Source: an uncultured Candidatus Saccharibacteria bacterium (GTDB lineage Bacteria; Patescibacteriota; Minisyncoccia; 2-02-FULL-40-12; GWA2-44-9). Taken from it: a stretch of DNA of 64,000 nucleotides. Shown piece by piece: positions 40,149 to 49,856 of this stretch. The DNA lies in the NCBI GenBank assembly GCA_964488565.1, contig CAZAUE010000001.1, positions 42,687 through 106,686 of the forward strand, given 5' to 3'. The position numbers were made by a program, and so were the translations under genes. The notes below the pieces were generated by a model. It made no database searches. It had not been told where the DNA came from and saw only the letters and a list, made by a program, of their open reading frames with translations. The first letter of the stretch is position 1. Each line of letters begins with the position of its first letter.

Positions 40149-41435
40149 CTATTTAATTTCTTTTATCCCACCCATGTACTTGCGGAGAATCTTAGGAACC
40201 TCAATCGTACCCTTCTTTGTTTGATAGTTCTCAATAATAGCGATAATGGTTCTTCCAATTGCCAAAGCGGTGGCATCGTTCATGTGTACGAACTCGGAAC
40301 CATTTTGTCTTTTTACTTTAGTTCCCAATCTTCGTGATTGATAATCTGTCATTAAGTCCGCAGTATGTGTTTCTCTGTATCTATCCTGGCCAGGCATCCA
40401 CATTTCCAAATCTATCTGTCTAGCATCAGGACCACCCATATCACCGGTACAAATTGCCACCACCTGATAAGGTATGTTTAATGACTGAACCAAATGCTCT
40501 TGCATAGCTACAAACAAATTCTGTTCATTTATTGAGTCCTCTGGCAAGCAAAATGATTCCATTTCTAATTTATCAAACTGGTGAACTCTTAATATGCCTT
40601 TCATGTCTTTACCATAGGAACCGGCCTCTCGTCTAAAAGCGGTTGAATAACCAATATACCTGATTGGTAAATCTTTCTCATCAACGGTTTCATCCATATG
40701 CATGGCACCAAGAGTGTGCTCAGCACTACCAACAAGATACATGTCATCAGCTGGCATATAATATCTTTCTTCTTTGGGCTCAAGACGAGCCATTCTCTGC
40801 ATAGAGTCCGGTCTTATCAATACGGGAGGAATAACGGGCACAAACGGAGTTGTCTTTAGGTTTAATTTATTGTTTTTGATTATTTTCTTAATAAGTTTCT
40901 CGTCCGTAAAAACAGACATGGCATACTGAACAAGAGCGAACTGCATTAAAACCAACCCTCTCTTTAAATATGTAAATCTCGCACCTGAAACCTTTGATGC
41001 CCTCTCGTTATCAATCAAATCCAAAGTCTCGCCAATTTCCCAGTGCTCTTTGGGTTTAAAATCAAATTCTCTCATCTTCCCCCATTTTCTAATAACCTTG
41101 TTTTCGGATTCATCTTTTCCGATTGGTGTGTCCTCGGTGGGAATGTTCGGAGCCATCATCATCATCTTTTCGTAATCTTCCTCAACGCATTTCAATTCGC
41201 TTTCTATCAATTTAATTTTTTCTTTCAACGCCTTCAATTCCTCTAAATCAACTGGAGATTGTGGGCCCTTAGAACGTTTATTCTGCTCCGATTTCAATAA
41301 TTCTGATTCGCTCAATAGGTGTCGACGTCTTTCATCTAAAGCCAACAATTTATCCAAATCCAAAGGAGACTTTTTGTTTTTGATAGCCTCTCTGACTTTC
41401 TCTATATTGTTTCTGATGAATTTGATATCTAACAT
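40149..41435 (-). CDS. serS: Serine-tRNA ligase
   Basis: MLDIKFIR, FRREAGSYGKD, RVHQFDKLE, ENYQ. Confidence 0.97.
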   Translation of the reverse strand: MLDIKFIRNNIEKVREAIKNKKSPLDLDKLLALDERRRHLLSESELLKSEQNKRSKGPQSPVDLEELKALKEKIKLIESELKCVEEDYEKMMMMAPNIPTEDTPIGKDESENKVIRKWGKMREFDFKPKEHWEIGETLDLIDNERASKVSGARFTYLKRGLVLMQFALVQYAMSVFTDEKLIKKIIKNNKLNLKTTPFVPVIPPVLIRPDSMQRMARLEPKEERYYMPADDMYLVGSAEHTLGAMHMDETVDEKDLPIRYIGYSTAFRREAGSYGKDMKGILRVHQFDKLEMESFCLPEDSINEQNLFVAMQEHLVQSLNIPYQVVAICTGDMGGPDARQIDLEMWMPGQDRYRETHTADLMTDYQSRRLGTKVKRQNGSEFVHMNDATALAIGRTIIAIIENYQTKKGTIEVPKILRKYMGGIKEIK

Positions 41436-41453
41436 AATTTAAAAATTAGTTAA

Positions 41454-42911
41454 TTATTCTTTTGGTTTCATTAGTGGGAAAAATACAATTTCTCTCACGG
41501 GCCTATTCATCAAGAATGCGAAAAATCTTTCAGACATTCCAAATCCTGCTGTAGGTGGCATTCCATATTCCAATGTTTCCACAAAGTCTTCGTCCATTCT
41601 TTGAGCTTCTTTATCTCCGGCTTCGCCAAGTTTCGCCTGTTCCTCAAATCGTTGACGCTGATCAATCGGATCGTTTAATTCAGAAAATCCTTTGCCCAAT
41701 TCTGTGCCTCCGGCCACAACCTGAAATCTTTCAACTCGATTTAAATCTTTCGGATATCTTTTAGCGAGAGGCTCAATCTCAATAGGCGGTAAGACCAAAA
41801 ATCCCACATCATTCAAATGAGGTCTAACTTTCTTTTTGAAAACTACATCAATAAGCCGACCTTTTCCAAGATGTTTATCGGCATCTATTCCACTATCTTT
41901 TGCGTAGTTTACCAAATCCTCTTCTTTAACCTCTTCAAGTTTAAGACCTGTATATTTTTCAAATTCTTCATAGTAATCATAACGCTTCCAAGAAGAACCC
42001 CAGTTAATAGTCTTCTCTTGATACTGATGTTCGGATGTTCCCAAAGTTTCTTCCACCACGTGTTTAAACAATCTTTCAATAAGTTCCATTAACTTTTCGT
42101 AATCATAATAAGCCCAATACATTTCCATCTGGGTATAATCCTGCAAATGTTCCCTATCAATTCCCTCGTTCCTGAAAATCCTTCCAATCTCAAAAACCTT
42201 CTCATATCCAGCTGTTATCAATTTCTTCAAATTAAGTTCTGGCGAAATTCTCAAAAATAAATCTATATCCAGAGCGTTCATGTGAGTTTTAAAAGGTTCG
42301 GCATCAGCTCCTCCTGGAATTTGTTCCAAAATCGGAGTATCAACTTCAAGTCCACCTTCTTTTAACAAAAACCCTCTGGTCGCTTGCCAAAATTTAGATT
42401 TTTTTACAAACAATTCTTTCTCTTCAGGATTCATTATTAAATCAAGGTATCTTTTGCGAAGTTTTTCTTCTACATCCTGAAGACCTTCCCATTTTTCAGG
42501 AAGAGGCAGGAGTGCTTTTGTAAGCAAGGAAAAAGATTTAGCTTCAATCGTTTTTTCTTCTCGTTTTGTTTTAAATAATAAACCCGTAACTTCAATAAAA
42601 TCTCCAATATCTATAAGTCTGCCAAATTTATCAAATTCCTCTTTGCCGACAGTTTCTTCTTTTACTAATACCTGAATTTTGCCCGAACCATCATTTAAAT
42701 CTAAAAAGGCCATGGCGCCCATATTTCTTAAAGCTCTAATGCGACCAGCGAGAATGAGTTCTTTCTGAGATTCACTCCAAGAATCAAAATTATTAAGTGT
42801 TTCTTCAATAGAATGAGTACGCAAAGAAATCGCAGGATATGGATCTGTTCCAGATTTCTTTAGTTCCTCAACTTTATCAATTTTTATATTACGAATTTCA
42901 TCTAACGCCAT
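41454..42911 (-). CDS. lysS: Lysine-tRNA ligase (class II)
   Basis: RKRYLDL, GGADAEPF, FRNEGID, YGMPPTAGFG. Confidence 0.97.
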   Translation of the reverse strand: MALDEIRNIKIDKVEELKKSGTDPYPAISLRTHSIEETLNNFDSWSESQKELILAGRIRALRNMGAMAFLDLNDGSGKIQVLVKEETVGKEEFDKFGRLIDIGDFIEVTGLLFKTKREEKTIEAKSFSLLTKALLPLPEKWEGLQDVEEKLRKRYLDLIMNPEEKELFVKKSKFWQATRGFLLKEGGLEVDTPILEQIPGGADAEPFKTHMNALDIDLFLRISPELNLKKLITAGYEKVFEIGRIFRNEGIDREHLQDYTQMEMYWAYYDYEKLMELIERLFKHVVEETLGTSEHQYQEKTINWGSSWKRYDYYEEFEKYTGLKLEEVKEEDLVNYAKDSGIDADKHLGKGRLIDVVFKKKVRPHLNDVGFLVLPPIEIEPLAKRYPKDLNRVERFQVVAGGTELGKGFSELNDPIDQRQRFEEQAKLGEAGDKEAQRMDEDFVETLEYGMPPTAGFGMSERFFAFLMNRPVREIVFFPLMKPKE

Positions 42912-42969
42912 GGATTAATAATATCAGAAATAAACGAAAATGCCACAAATAATTAGTGTTTTATTGAAC

Positions 42970-42999
42970 TTGACAAATCGGTATTTTATATGCTATAAT
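42970..42999 (+). promoter_or_regulatory. sigma70 promoter TTGACA-18-TATAAT (TG extended)
   Basis: Read directly. Confidence 0.8.
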
Positions 43000-43080
43000 A
43001 CAAGTACGTTCAGTGACAGGTCGTTAACAAGCAAGTCTGTAAACCCCCGCCAGTCAGGCGAGGGGAAGAAGGAGTCAGTC

Positions 43081-43530
43081 ATGAAGATTCAGGCCAGCCT
43101 CGTCTCGATGTCGAAGAACCAGAAGCGCGCCATGGTCACCGTGACCACGGGCGAGGGCGCCCACCGCCGGTCCACCACCCGCCACATCGGCTTCACGGAT
43201 GGTGCATGGTTCGGTCACAACCCCGACGAGCGAGCAGTTCCGCTCAACCGGCGCTACACCGCCGAGCTCCTCGCCGCCAAAGGCGACCTCGCCGGCGAGC
43301 AGGCGACGCTCACCCAGCTCGAGGAAGAACTCCTCAAGCTGGAAACGACCGAGCCGACGACGGAAATGGACACGGCCATGATCGCCGGCTACAAGGCCGA
43401 GCTGGCCGAGGCCATCAGCGAGGCCAAGGCCCTGGTCAACTTCGCCGAGGCATCCGTCGCCGAAGCCGAGCTCAAGCTCCACATCGTCGAGAAGGAAGTG
43501 CCGCTCGAAGTCGAGTTCGGCATCTTCTAG
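43081..43530 (+). CDS. GC-rich hypothetical protein with C-terminal coiled coil
   Basis: AAGGAG SD before ATG 43081; strong GC3 bias; ORF-track extension upstream spans the promoter. Confidence 0.8.
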   Translation: MKIQASLVSMSKNQKRAMVTVTTGEGAHRRSTTRHIGFTDGAWFGHNPDERAVPLNRRYTAELLAAKGDLAGEQATLTQLEEELLKLETTEPTTEMDTAMIAGYKAELAEAISEAKALVNFAEASVAEAELKLHIVEKEVPLEVEFGIF

Positions 43531-43550
43531 ACATCGTCGACACCTACCAA

Positions 43551-43609
43551 GCCCGCCCTTTCCCACATTCTTGATTGAATCACTGGGAAAGAGCGGGCTC
43601 TTTCATTTT
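43551..43609 (+). terminator. Intrinsic terminator
   Basis: GCCCGCCCTTTCCCA...TGGGAAAGAGCGGGC then TCTTTCATTTT. Confidence 0.7.
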
Positions 43610-43680
43610 CAAAAACCCTGTCAGCAGACAAGCAAAGGGCCCCACAATGGGGCCCTTTTAAAATTCAAGAATATTTAGAT

Positions 43681-44139
43681 TTAGCTAATCTCAACGATCT
43701 CATATGCCACAATTCCTTTAGGAGCTCTGACTTCAACCTTATCCCCTTTTTTGTGTCCGAGAAATGCTTGACCCATTGGAGATTCATTGGATATAAATCC
43801 TTTGGCTGGATCTGATTCGGCTGCTCCGACAATCACAAATGAACGTACACCATCCTTAGATTCAACTTTTATTCCGGAACCAACACCAACAGTCCCACTA
43901 AGATTGTTTCCGGTTATTATGACAGCACTTTCTAGTGTGCTTTTTATATCTTCAATTCTGCCTTCATTCAGAGCTTGAGCTTCTTTGGCCGAATCGTATT
44001 CTGCATTTTCAGACAAATCTCCCAATTCTTTAGCTTCTTTAATGCGCTGAGCTATTTCAGGACGCATAACATTAAGCCTGTCTTCCAGCTCTCTTTTTAA
44101 CTTTTCCAGTCCTTCTTTTGAAAAATATTGATTATCCAT
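43681..44139 (-). CDS. greA: Transcription elongation factor GreA
   Basis: GDLSENAEY, ISNESPMG. Confidence 0.96.
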   Translation of the reverse strand: MDNQYFSKEGLEKLKRELEDRLNVMRPEIAQRIKEAKELGDLSENAEYDSAKEAQALNEGRIEDIKSTLESAVIITGNNLSGTVGVGSGIKVESKDGVRSFVIVGAAESDPAKGFISNESPMGQAFLGHKKGDKVEVRAPKGIVAYEIVEIS

Positions 44140-44218
44140 ATTCTGTATAATTAGCGTAATTTAATTAATGTATAATACACCTTTTAACGTAAAAGTAAAG
44201 GGGTGTGTTGATAAAATA

Positions 44219-46144
44219 CTACAGACTAGCTGGTACAGGCATATCTGGTGAAGTCATAATTTTACCCTTATCAAAATACCATTTTAAAACATTATGAGCT
44301 GTCCGAATCGCTAAGCCCTGATTTGATGCAGAGCCTTCTATCAAAACTGTAATGTTGAGTTCGGGATGATCAAAAGGAGCAAAGGCGGTAAATAAAGAAT
44401 TAATACTCTTACCCTTTACCACCTCAGATGTACCAGTTTTTGCTCCACTTCTAACCGGTAAATCTCGCAGTATTCCAGCTGTGCCAGAAATTACTGTTTC
44501 CTCCATATCGCTCTTCATTTCCCTGATAACATCATCGCTAAATGGCAACTTCGTTATTGGCTGTTCTTTGAATATCTCCAAATCGCTATTTTTTTCATTA
44601 GTTATTCTTTGAGCAACCATTGGTTTGTAAATAGTTCCCGCATTGTCTTGTCCGGCTAATGATACTGCCGAAATATAAGAATTCAACCATAACGGCGTCA
44701 CCAAAAGATCACCCTGACCTATGGAGATATTGTAAGTGTCTCCTTGATACCAATTCTCACCCCTTGTCTGAAGTTTCCAATCTGGACTTGGAACAAAACC
44801 CTGCTCTTCTCCGGGTAAATCAATTCCCAATTTTACATTAGCTAAACTAGCAGTAAGATATTTAACAATTCTATCAGCGCCTAAGCCTGGTATGTTTCCG
44901 AATCCACCACCCACAGTGAAAAAGAAAACATTGCACGACTGAGCAATGGCTCGCCTTAGATTAAAAAGACCGAAGTCTTGTCTCCAGTTTTTAAACACAT
45001 AAGGAGAACTCGCATCAGAAGGATTAGGAATAATCAAACTAACACAATCGCGAATTGTGTCTTGTGGGGTTATTATTTTTTCTTGAAGAGCCGTCATTCC
45101 CATAAACGGCTTAATGGTTGAACCAGGATTATATAATCCACTTATCACCCTATTAAAAAGAGGCTTGGTTCTGCTTTCAAACAAATTTTTAAACTGATTT
45201 TCTGATAATCCCTTGATGAAAAGATTACTGTCAAAAGAAGGAAAACTCACCATTGCCATAACAGCGCCGTTTTGAGGATTTTGAATTATTGCCGAACCAC
45301 GAGACAAGCCAGCAGAGGCAAGAACCACGCGCATTTCTTCATATAGTTTTTTCTGTAAGTCATAATCAATATTCAAAACCAAGTTCTTTCCCTGAATTGA
45401 TTCTTTGTTTAAGTTTTCATCCTTCCCCTTACTGAAAAATATTCTTCCGTGTTCCCCTCTTAAAATTTCTTCATATTGAGCTTCCACTCCCAAGCGTCCA
45501 ATGGTGTCAGTTGTATAATAATACTCATTTTCTAGGTCTGTTTTATTAACCTTGCCGATGTAGCCAGTAATCTGGGAAAATTGTTGACCATCAATATAGT
45601 AACGCTTTGTGTTTGGGACAATATAATACCCATCAAGATTAAGATACTTAACAGCCAAAACCTGATCCTTATTCAAATCCGTCGCGGCAAAAAAAACTGA
45701 ATTTGTTTTAACACTATCAGAAACAAAAGATTTAAATTCTTCTGGCTTAATTTTTAAAATCCCAGCAATCTTGTTCCTATTATCTTCTGATGGATTCTCT
45801 CTGATTTCTCTGGAAATAACCAAGAGATCAAAGCTAGGTAAATTTTTTACCAAAGGCTCACCAAGTCGGTCCATTATAATTCCCCTTGGAGGAGGAATGA
45901 GAAAATTAACCGACTTGTTTTGAGAGGCTAATTTTGCAAAAGAATCATGGTCAACAACTCCGATTTTAAAAGTAAATGACATTATTGTGGCAAGCAAAAT
46001 AATAGCCACCACGAAAGTCAATCTGAAAACATCAGCTGAAATTGGAGTTTCAATATCTGAATATTCACTGCCAGAATCCAAAAGAGTCTCTTCTGGGGCA
46101 ACCCAATCTTCATTGACTGAAATTCTGTAATCTTTTTTGAACAT
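44219..46144 (-). CDS. mrdA: Penicillin-binding protein 2
   Basis: PGSTIK (SxxK), SCN, KTGT; in mre operon. Confidence 0.92.
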   Translation of the reverse strand: MFKKDYRISVNEDWVAPEETLLDSGSEYSDIETPISADVFRLTFVVAIILLATIMSFTFKIGVVDHDSFAKLASQNKSVNFLIPPPRGIIMDRLGEPLVKNLPSFDLLVISREIRENPSEDNRNKIAGILKIKPEEFKSFVSDSVKTNSVFFAATDLNKDQVLAVKYLNLDGYYIVPNTKRYYIDGQQFSQITGYIGKVNKTDLENEYYYTTDTIGRLGVEAQYEEILRGEHGRIFFSKGKDENLNKESIQGKNLVLNIDYDLQKKLYEEMRVVLASAGLSRGSAIIQNPQNGAVMAMVSFPSFDSNLFIKGLSENQFKNLFESRTKPLFNRVISGLYNPGSTIKPFMGMTALQEKIITPQDTIRDCVSLIIPNPSDASSPYVFKNWRQDFGLFNLRRAIAQSCNVFFFTVGGGFGNIPGLGADRIVKYLTASLANVKLGIDLPGEEQGFVPSPDWKLQTRGENWYQGDTYNISIGQGDLLVTPLWLNSYISAVSLAGQDNAGTIYKPMVAQRITNEKNSDLEIFKEQPITKLPFSDDVIREMKSDMEETVISGTAGILRDLPVRSGAKTGTSEVVKGKSINSLFTAFAPFDHPELNITVLIEGSASNQGLAIRTAHNVLKWYFDKGKIMTSPDMPVPASL

Positions 46145-46164
46145 GAAGTGTGCGTTTAATTAAT

Positions 46165-46527
46165 CTATAATATTTTAACTATTAAAGCAGATGACCACCA
46201 AAAAACAATAAACATGATAGCGCCTGAAATAGTCATGAAAACCCTACTTCTAATATTAAAAAATGTGTTTAGTAGGAAAAAAGCTCCCACTGATACCAAT
46301 AATGGCAATATCAAAATCCCAAGTCTTAAGCCCCAATAAAATTCCGCTATGCCCGCAAAAACTATCGCAAGGGCCACGTTCGGAAGACTAACTTCACGAC
46401 ATAAAAGCAAAACGATAATAAATAGTACCGTTAAAAAACCTTCTCTAAAACCAAAAAGGGCTGGCAAAATTACACCGTCAAGAAACATGCTAACCAGAAA
46501 CAGAGTTAATATTAAAAACCTGTTCAT
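46165..46527 (-). CDS. MreD-like membrane protein
   Basis: Hydrophobic; position between mreC and pbp2. Confidence 0.6.
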   Translation of the reverse strand: MNRFLILTLFLVSMFLDGVILPALFGFREGFLTVLFIIVLLLCREVSLPNVALAIVFAGIAEFYWGLRLGILILPLLVSVGAFFLLNTFFNIRSRVFMTISGAIMFIVFWWSSALIVKIL

Positions 46528-47318
46528 TATTTCATTTTTACAACCAATACTCTACCCAAGTGGACATCTTCAACCGCAGGACGAATACGAACTTTTTTAA
46601 ACATTTGAGTAGCATTAATTTCAACATGGTCTATGGAACCAATAATCAAAGCTGGTGGGAACAAATCACTGCCAGTTGATATCAATACATCTTCCTCTTT
46701 TATCTCATCTCCCTGAACTATAAAATCCAAATACATTCCCTCCCTTAAAGCACCACGTGCGATGCCAGAAGTATCAAAGCCAACCACTTTTGCTGTAATT
46801 TTGAATTCAGGGTCAGAAACAAAAAGAACTCTTGAAAAATTTTGCATAACTTTTTCAATCTTACCCACCAAAACTCCTTCTGCTGTAATAACCACATCCC
46901 CCTCGGAAATGCCGTCCTGAGCTCCCTTATTAAGCAACACGTTATATCCTGTGGGGGCAAGGTTAACGTTAAAAATACCAGCATAAATAATTGAGTAATC
47001 TAATCTTGAAGAAATGCGACTTGCACGTCTTAGGAAATTATTCTCACTCTCCAAATCATCAATCTTAGCTTCTAAGTTATTGATGATTTTTTGTTCCTGT
47101 TTTAGTTTATCATTCTCGCTTGCAAGGTTATTAAAATTTTTTATTTTCCCAACAAAACCACCAAAATTTTCCATCCTAATAAACAAGCTACTGCCGAAAT
47201 TTATAAAAGATTTTGGATAAATAGTCATTCTGTCTTTTATGAAATACTTATTTAAAAAAACAGCGCCAATGACGGCTACTAATATAATCACTCCAAATTT
47301 TATTGGTGTTTTTTTCAT
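46527..47318 (-). CDS. mreC: Rod shape-determining protein MreC
   Basis: TM + coiled coil, LNKGAQDGI, STGSDLFPPAL. Confidence 0.9.
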   Translation of the reverse strand: MKKTPIKFGVIILVAVIGAVFLNKYFIKDRMTIYPKSFINFGSSLFIRMENFGGFVGKIKNFNNLASENDKLKQEQKIINNLEAKIDDLESENNFLRRASRISSRLDYSIIYAGIFNVNLAPTGYNVLLNKGAQDGISEGDVVITAEGVLVGKIEKVMQNFSRVLFVSDPEFKITAKVVGFDTSGIARGALREGMYLDFIVQGDEIKEEDVLISTGSDLFPPALIIGSIDHVEINATQMFKKVRIRPAVEDVHLGRVLVVKMK

Positions 47319-47321
47319 GAA

Positions 47322-48371
47322 TTAAAAGTAGTCATCTTTTTGAGTTGGAACCAAAACGTTTTTCAACTGCTCAACATTTTCAAGTATAAAACCACACCCT
47401 CTTGCTACGGCTGTTAAGGGGTCATCTACCACTTTTACAAAAAGCTTGGTTTCGTGAGCTATTGCCTTATCTAAACCTTTTAACAAAGCCCCTCCGCCAG
47501 CAAGAAATATATACTTATTTATTAAGTCAGCTGTTAGCTCAGGTGGAGTCTCTTCAATGGTATTTTTAACAGCAAGAACAATACTTTTCACAGAACGTTG
47601 CATTGCCTCTCTAATTTCTTCTGAAGTTATGTCGATCTCCTTTGGCAATCCGGAAACCAAATCTCTACCCCTTACACGGCCCTCTATTTCTTCTTCGGAA
47701 GGATATGCTGATCCTAAAGTTAATTTTAAGTTTTCGGCCGTAGCTTCTCCAACCAGAAGATTCCTTTCCTCTCTTAAATATCTGATTATGTCTTCATCAA
47801 GTTTGTCTCCGGCAATTCTCAAAGAACGAGAAGCAATAACACCGCCCATAGAAATCACGGCCACCTCTGTTGTGCCTCCACCCATATCGACAATTACATT
47901 AGCTACTGCCTCATGAACAGGAAGACGCGCTCCAATGGCAGCTGCCATCGGCTCTTCAATTAAATAGACTTCTCTTGCTCCGGCGTTGTAGGTGGCATCT
48001 TCAACAGCTCTCTTTTCTACTTCTGTAACTCCGGAAGGAATTCCAACCACCACTCTTGGGCGTGGCAACAAAGTAAAACCATCTTGATGGACTTTATCTA
48101 TAAAATATTTGAGCATCTGTTCGGTCACCTCAAAGTCTGAAACGACACCATTTACCAAGGGCTTAGAAACTGTAATATATCCAGGCGTTCTACCAACCAT
48201 TGTTCTTGCCTCTTTGCCGATAGCTAGTATTTTTCCGGTTTTTTGATTAACAGCAACAATTGAGGGTTCATTAATAACAATTCCTTTTCCTCGAACATAA
48301 ACAAGGGTATTTGCTGTACCCAGGTCAATGCCGATATCTTTTGACCAGTAGCCAAAAAGTTTATTGAACAT
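47322..48371 (-). CDS. mreB: Rod shape-determining protein MreB
   Basis: DIGIDLGTANT, EEPMAAAIG, DMGGGTTE, GGGALL. Confidence 0.97.
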   Translation of the reverse strand: MFNKLFGYWSKDIGIDLGTANTLVYVRGKGIVINEPSIVAVNQKTGKILAIGKEARTMVGRTPGYITVSKPLVNGVVSDFEVTEQMLKYFIDKVHQDGFTLLPRPRVVVGIPSGVTEVEKRAVEDATYNAGAREVYLIEEPMAAAIGARLPVHEAVANVIVDMGGGTTEVAVISMGGVIASRSLRIAGDKLDEDIIRYLREERNLLVGEATAENLKLTLGSAYPSEEEIEGRVRGRDLVSGLPKEIDITSEEIREAMQRSVKSIVLAVKNTIEETPPELTADLINKYIFLAGGGALLKGLDKAIAHETKLFVKVVDDPLTAVARGCGFILENVEQLKNVLVPTQKDDYF

Positions 48372-48623
48372 GTTATAACTTGCTGGCCGCTCTCGCCCTT
48401 ACTGTGGCGAGCACGCTCTTGGTTGATTCCTTCGTTAAAAGCTCCGCTTCTCCTTCGTCATAGATATCTATGTCTCAGTCGAATGCTCGCTTTTGCCTCG
48501 GACTCACCCAAGCCAGCTGCGTTCTAAAAATTACCACCAATCTTTATTAATACATTACCATAACAAAATCATTATAAACAATCAAAAAGCCGTCATGATT
48601 GACGGCTTTTTGATTTGTCTTAA

Positions 48624-49853
48624 TTATGTGGATTTAGAAATTTCACTCAACTTAACGAGTTTAAAATCTTTTTCACTGCGAAGCTTGAGTTCCACACTTT
48701 CTTTTTCAAGAGTTTTTTTGCTTACAACAATTCTTATTGGGCAACCAATCAAATCAGCATCGGCAAATTTTTCTCCTGCAGTTTTGCCTTCTCTGTCATC
48801 ATATAAAACTTCCACACCAGATTTTTGTAAATCATTATAAATCTTATCTGCGCTTTCGTTTTGTTCCAAAGAAATCAAATGAACTTTGTATGGGGCAATA
48901 TTTTCTGGCCAAAGAATGCCTCGCTCATCATTATGAGTTTCCACAATGGTGGCCATAAGACGACCTATTCCTATTCCGTAAGAACCCATCACCACTGGAT
49001 TTTTATCTCCCTTCTCATCTACAAAATCTAAACCGAGAGCCGAAGAATATTTAGTGCCCAAAGGAAAAATATTTCCAACCTCAATAGATTTATTTTCAGT
49101 TATCTTACCGCCACATTTTGGACAATCATCTCCCTCTTTAAGTTTAGTTATTTCTTTATTTTCTGCATAATTGCATTTTGAACACACATATATAGTGTCC
49201 TCTCCAACATCTGACAAAACCTGAAACTCGTGAGTATTGCTAATAGTGAAAGCTCCTCCCGCTGCTAAAGTATAGATAGACTTTAGACCACAACGATCAA
49301 AAAGCTTAAAATAGGCATCGCGAACCTTGTCATAATAAACCATCAAATCCTCTTCTGAGGTGTGGAAGCTGTACAAATCTTTCATCATAAATTCTCGTCC
49401 TCTTAACAATCCGGATTTTGCGCGAGCTTCGTTTCTGAACTTGGTTTGTATTTGATAGGCCGCAAAAGGTAAATCTTTATATGAATTTATATACTTGGAA
49501 GCAATTGCCGTAAGTACCTCCTCGTGACTCCAGCCTAAAACATAATTGGATTCTTTTTCGTTTAACCCTTTTGCAAAAAAACCAACATCAAGATTCCATC
49601 GGCCAGTCGGTTCCATGAATTTTCTTTCTACCAATGCTGGCATAAACATTTCTTGACCATCAACAGCATTCATTTCTTCTCTGACAATACTCATTATTTT
49701 CTGAGCAACTTTCCATCCAAGAGGAAGGAATGAATATATTCCCGCAGAATTTTTGTAAATAAATCCACCCCTAATTAAAAGTTGAGCATTTTTTGCCTCT
49801 TCATCTGCCGGTGCTTCTCTTAACGTTTTTGTAAATAATTTAGATAAACGCAT
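48624..49853 (-). CDS. proS: Proline-tRNA ligase (short form without editing domain)
   Basis: QIQTKFRNEAR, GLLRGREFMMKD, GSYGIG. Confidence 0.95.
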   Translation of the reverse strand: MRLSKLFTKTLREAPADEEAKNAQLLIRGGFIYKNSAGIYSFLPLGWKVAQKIMSIVREEMNAVDGQEMFMPALVERKFMEPTGRWNLDVGFFAKGLNEKESNYVLGWSHEEVLTAIASKYINSYKDLPFAAYQIQTKFRNEARAKSGLLRGREFMMKDLYSFHTSEEDLMVYYDKVRDAYFKLFDRCGLKSIYTLAAGGAFTISNTHEFQVLSDVGEDTIYVCSKCNYAENKEITKLKEGDDCPKCGGKITENKSIEVGNIFPLGTKYSSALGLDFVDEKGDKNPVVMGSYGIGIGRLMATIVETHNDERGILWPENIAPYKVHLISLEQNESADKIYNDLQKSGVEVLYDDREGKTAGEKFADADLIGCPIRIVVSKKTLEKESVELKLRSEKDFKLVKLSEISKST

Positions 49854-49856
49854 ATT

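Noticed and set aside
42940-43080. N-terminal extension of the 43081 gene in the ORF track
   Set aside because: Spans the promoter and leader; AT-rich, unlike the coding part
43075-43574. Overlapping ORFs 43075-43566(-), 43199-43381(+), 43206-43574(+)
   Set aside because: Stop-poor alternative frames caused by high GC3; only the 43081 frame has an SD and codon bias
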